From the NCBI GenBank assembly GCA_029098185.1, contig JAQXNV010000017.1, forward strand, positions 66 through 64,065: 64,000 nt of DNA. The letters are read 5' to 3'. The notes beneath the pieces were generated by a model. That model saw only the letters and a program-made list of their open reading frames with translations, ran no database searches and had not been told where the DNA came from. A program made the translations under genes and the position numbers. Positions 63,614 to 64,000 of the stretch are shown piece after piece (position 1 is the first letter of the stretch; every line of letters begins with the position of its first letter). Source of the stretch: Oscillospiraceae bacterium (GTDB taxonomy: Bacteria; Bacillota; Clostridia; Oscillospirales; Acutalibacteraceae).

Positions 63614-63835
63614 ATGATGATAGAAGAAAAGAAGAAAACCACAGAAGCGCAAAAACGGGCCAAGCAAAAGTATATGGAACGCTTCGTAGAGGTCAAAGTG
63701 AGAATGACGCCGGAACGGCGCACAGAGGTGCAGGAACACGCCCAGCGCCACGGCGAAAGCGCCACAGCCTTTATCAACCGGGCCATCGACAACCAAATCG
63801 AACGAGATCGGAAAGGAGCTGCATCCAATGAGTAA
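63614..63835 (+). CDS. Ribbon-helix-helix (CopG/Arc-like) DNA-binding protein, probable antitoxin or cassette regulator
   Basis: FVEVKVRMTPERRTEVQEHAQRHGESATAFINRAI fits a beta-strand/helix/helix pattern. The ATG at 63614 follows a duplicated AGAGGTGA Shine-Dalgarno. Confidence 0.72.
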   Translation: MMIEEKKKTTEAQKRAKQKYMERFVEVKVRMTPERRTEVQEHAQRHGESATAFINRAIDNQIERDRKGAASNE

Positions 63836-64000
63836 CCGTGAAAGAGTAATTGCCCTGCTGGACAGTGTTCCAGACTACAAGATGGGCTATGTACTGGCCT
63901 ATATCCAAGGAATTATCGCCGATGAAGAAGCGGATGACGCTTTTTGTCAACGAATGTGGGAGAACTACGAAAATGACCCCGATCCCGAAAAAGACAAGGG
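63828..64000 (+). CDS. Small protein of unknown function, 5' part only (continues beyond the window)
   Basis: The ATG overlaps the RHH stop (ATGAGTAA) and is preceded by aaaggag. The frame (MSNRERVIALLDSVPDYKMGYVLAYIQGIIADEE...) stays open to the window end. Confidence 0.5.
   Translation, partial: MSNRERVIALLDSVPDYKMGYVLAYIQGIIADEEADDAFCQRMWENYENDPDPEKDK

Overview
This looks like a chromosomal segment from a GC-rich, spore-forming Clostridia-type Firmicute. The evidence is GGAGG-type ribosome-binding sites, many extended -10 (TGnTATAAT) promoters, spmAB, a clostridial-type abrB, and a HydABC-type [FeFe]-hydrogenase. I did not compute GC content and ran no database searches; every call rests on motifs read from the supplied translations and the DNA.

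Most of the window is housekeeping: hydB(partial)-hydA, pyrC-pyrF-pyrK-pyrD, ruvX, galE, a pepV-like dipeptidase, abrB, spmA-spmB, mscS, ddh, sfsA-larE-like, trmK-nif3, rqcH, pgeF, a PflX-like radical SAM gene, and a split transketolase.

There are several metal/redox modules:
- a CsoR-operated copA-csoR operon
- a perR-rubrerythrin operon with a perfect 7-1-7 box
- a yybP-ykoY (Mn) riboswitch in front of a CaCA antiporter
- a LysR/YeiH pair
- an Rrf2 regulator next to a class II amidotransferase/GCS2-type ligase pair

Three patches look accessory.
1. 14.1-16.6 kb: a two-gene cassette, an unknown protein plus an MBL-fold protein with a Cys-rich tail. It is followed at 17.4-17.85 kb by two promoter/terminator-bounded noncoding units.
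2. 22.0-34.8 kb is the most interesting region. It contains a LytS-type kinase with a REC/winged-helix regulator, then a STAS/PP2C/RsbW-like partner-switching trio with no sigma factor. That trio appears co-transcribed with an NHLM-type export trio (mini HlyD-like protein, C39-peptidase ABC, degenerate C39-like ABC) and a lipoprotein. A separately promoted double-glycine-leader precursor follows, with an unusual 79-aa hydrophilic, Cys-free core, and then a second paralogous regulator.
3. 60.5-64 kb: toxin-antitoxin-like cassettes with a duplicated promoter/RHH module (one copy decayed), a hairpin-rich repeat cluster, and a secreted FN3/SH3b protein.

Two otherwise intact genes carry a single in-frame stop: TAG in the PP2C phosphatase and TAA in an orphan ABC substrate-binding protein. 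I found no rRNA, tRNA, CRISPR array, transposase or integrase.
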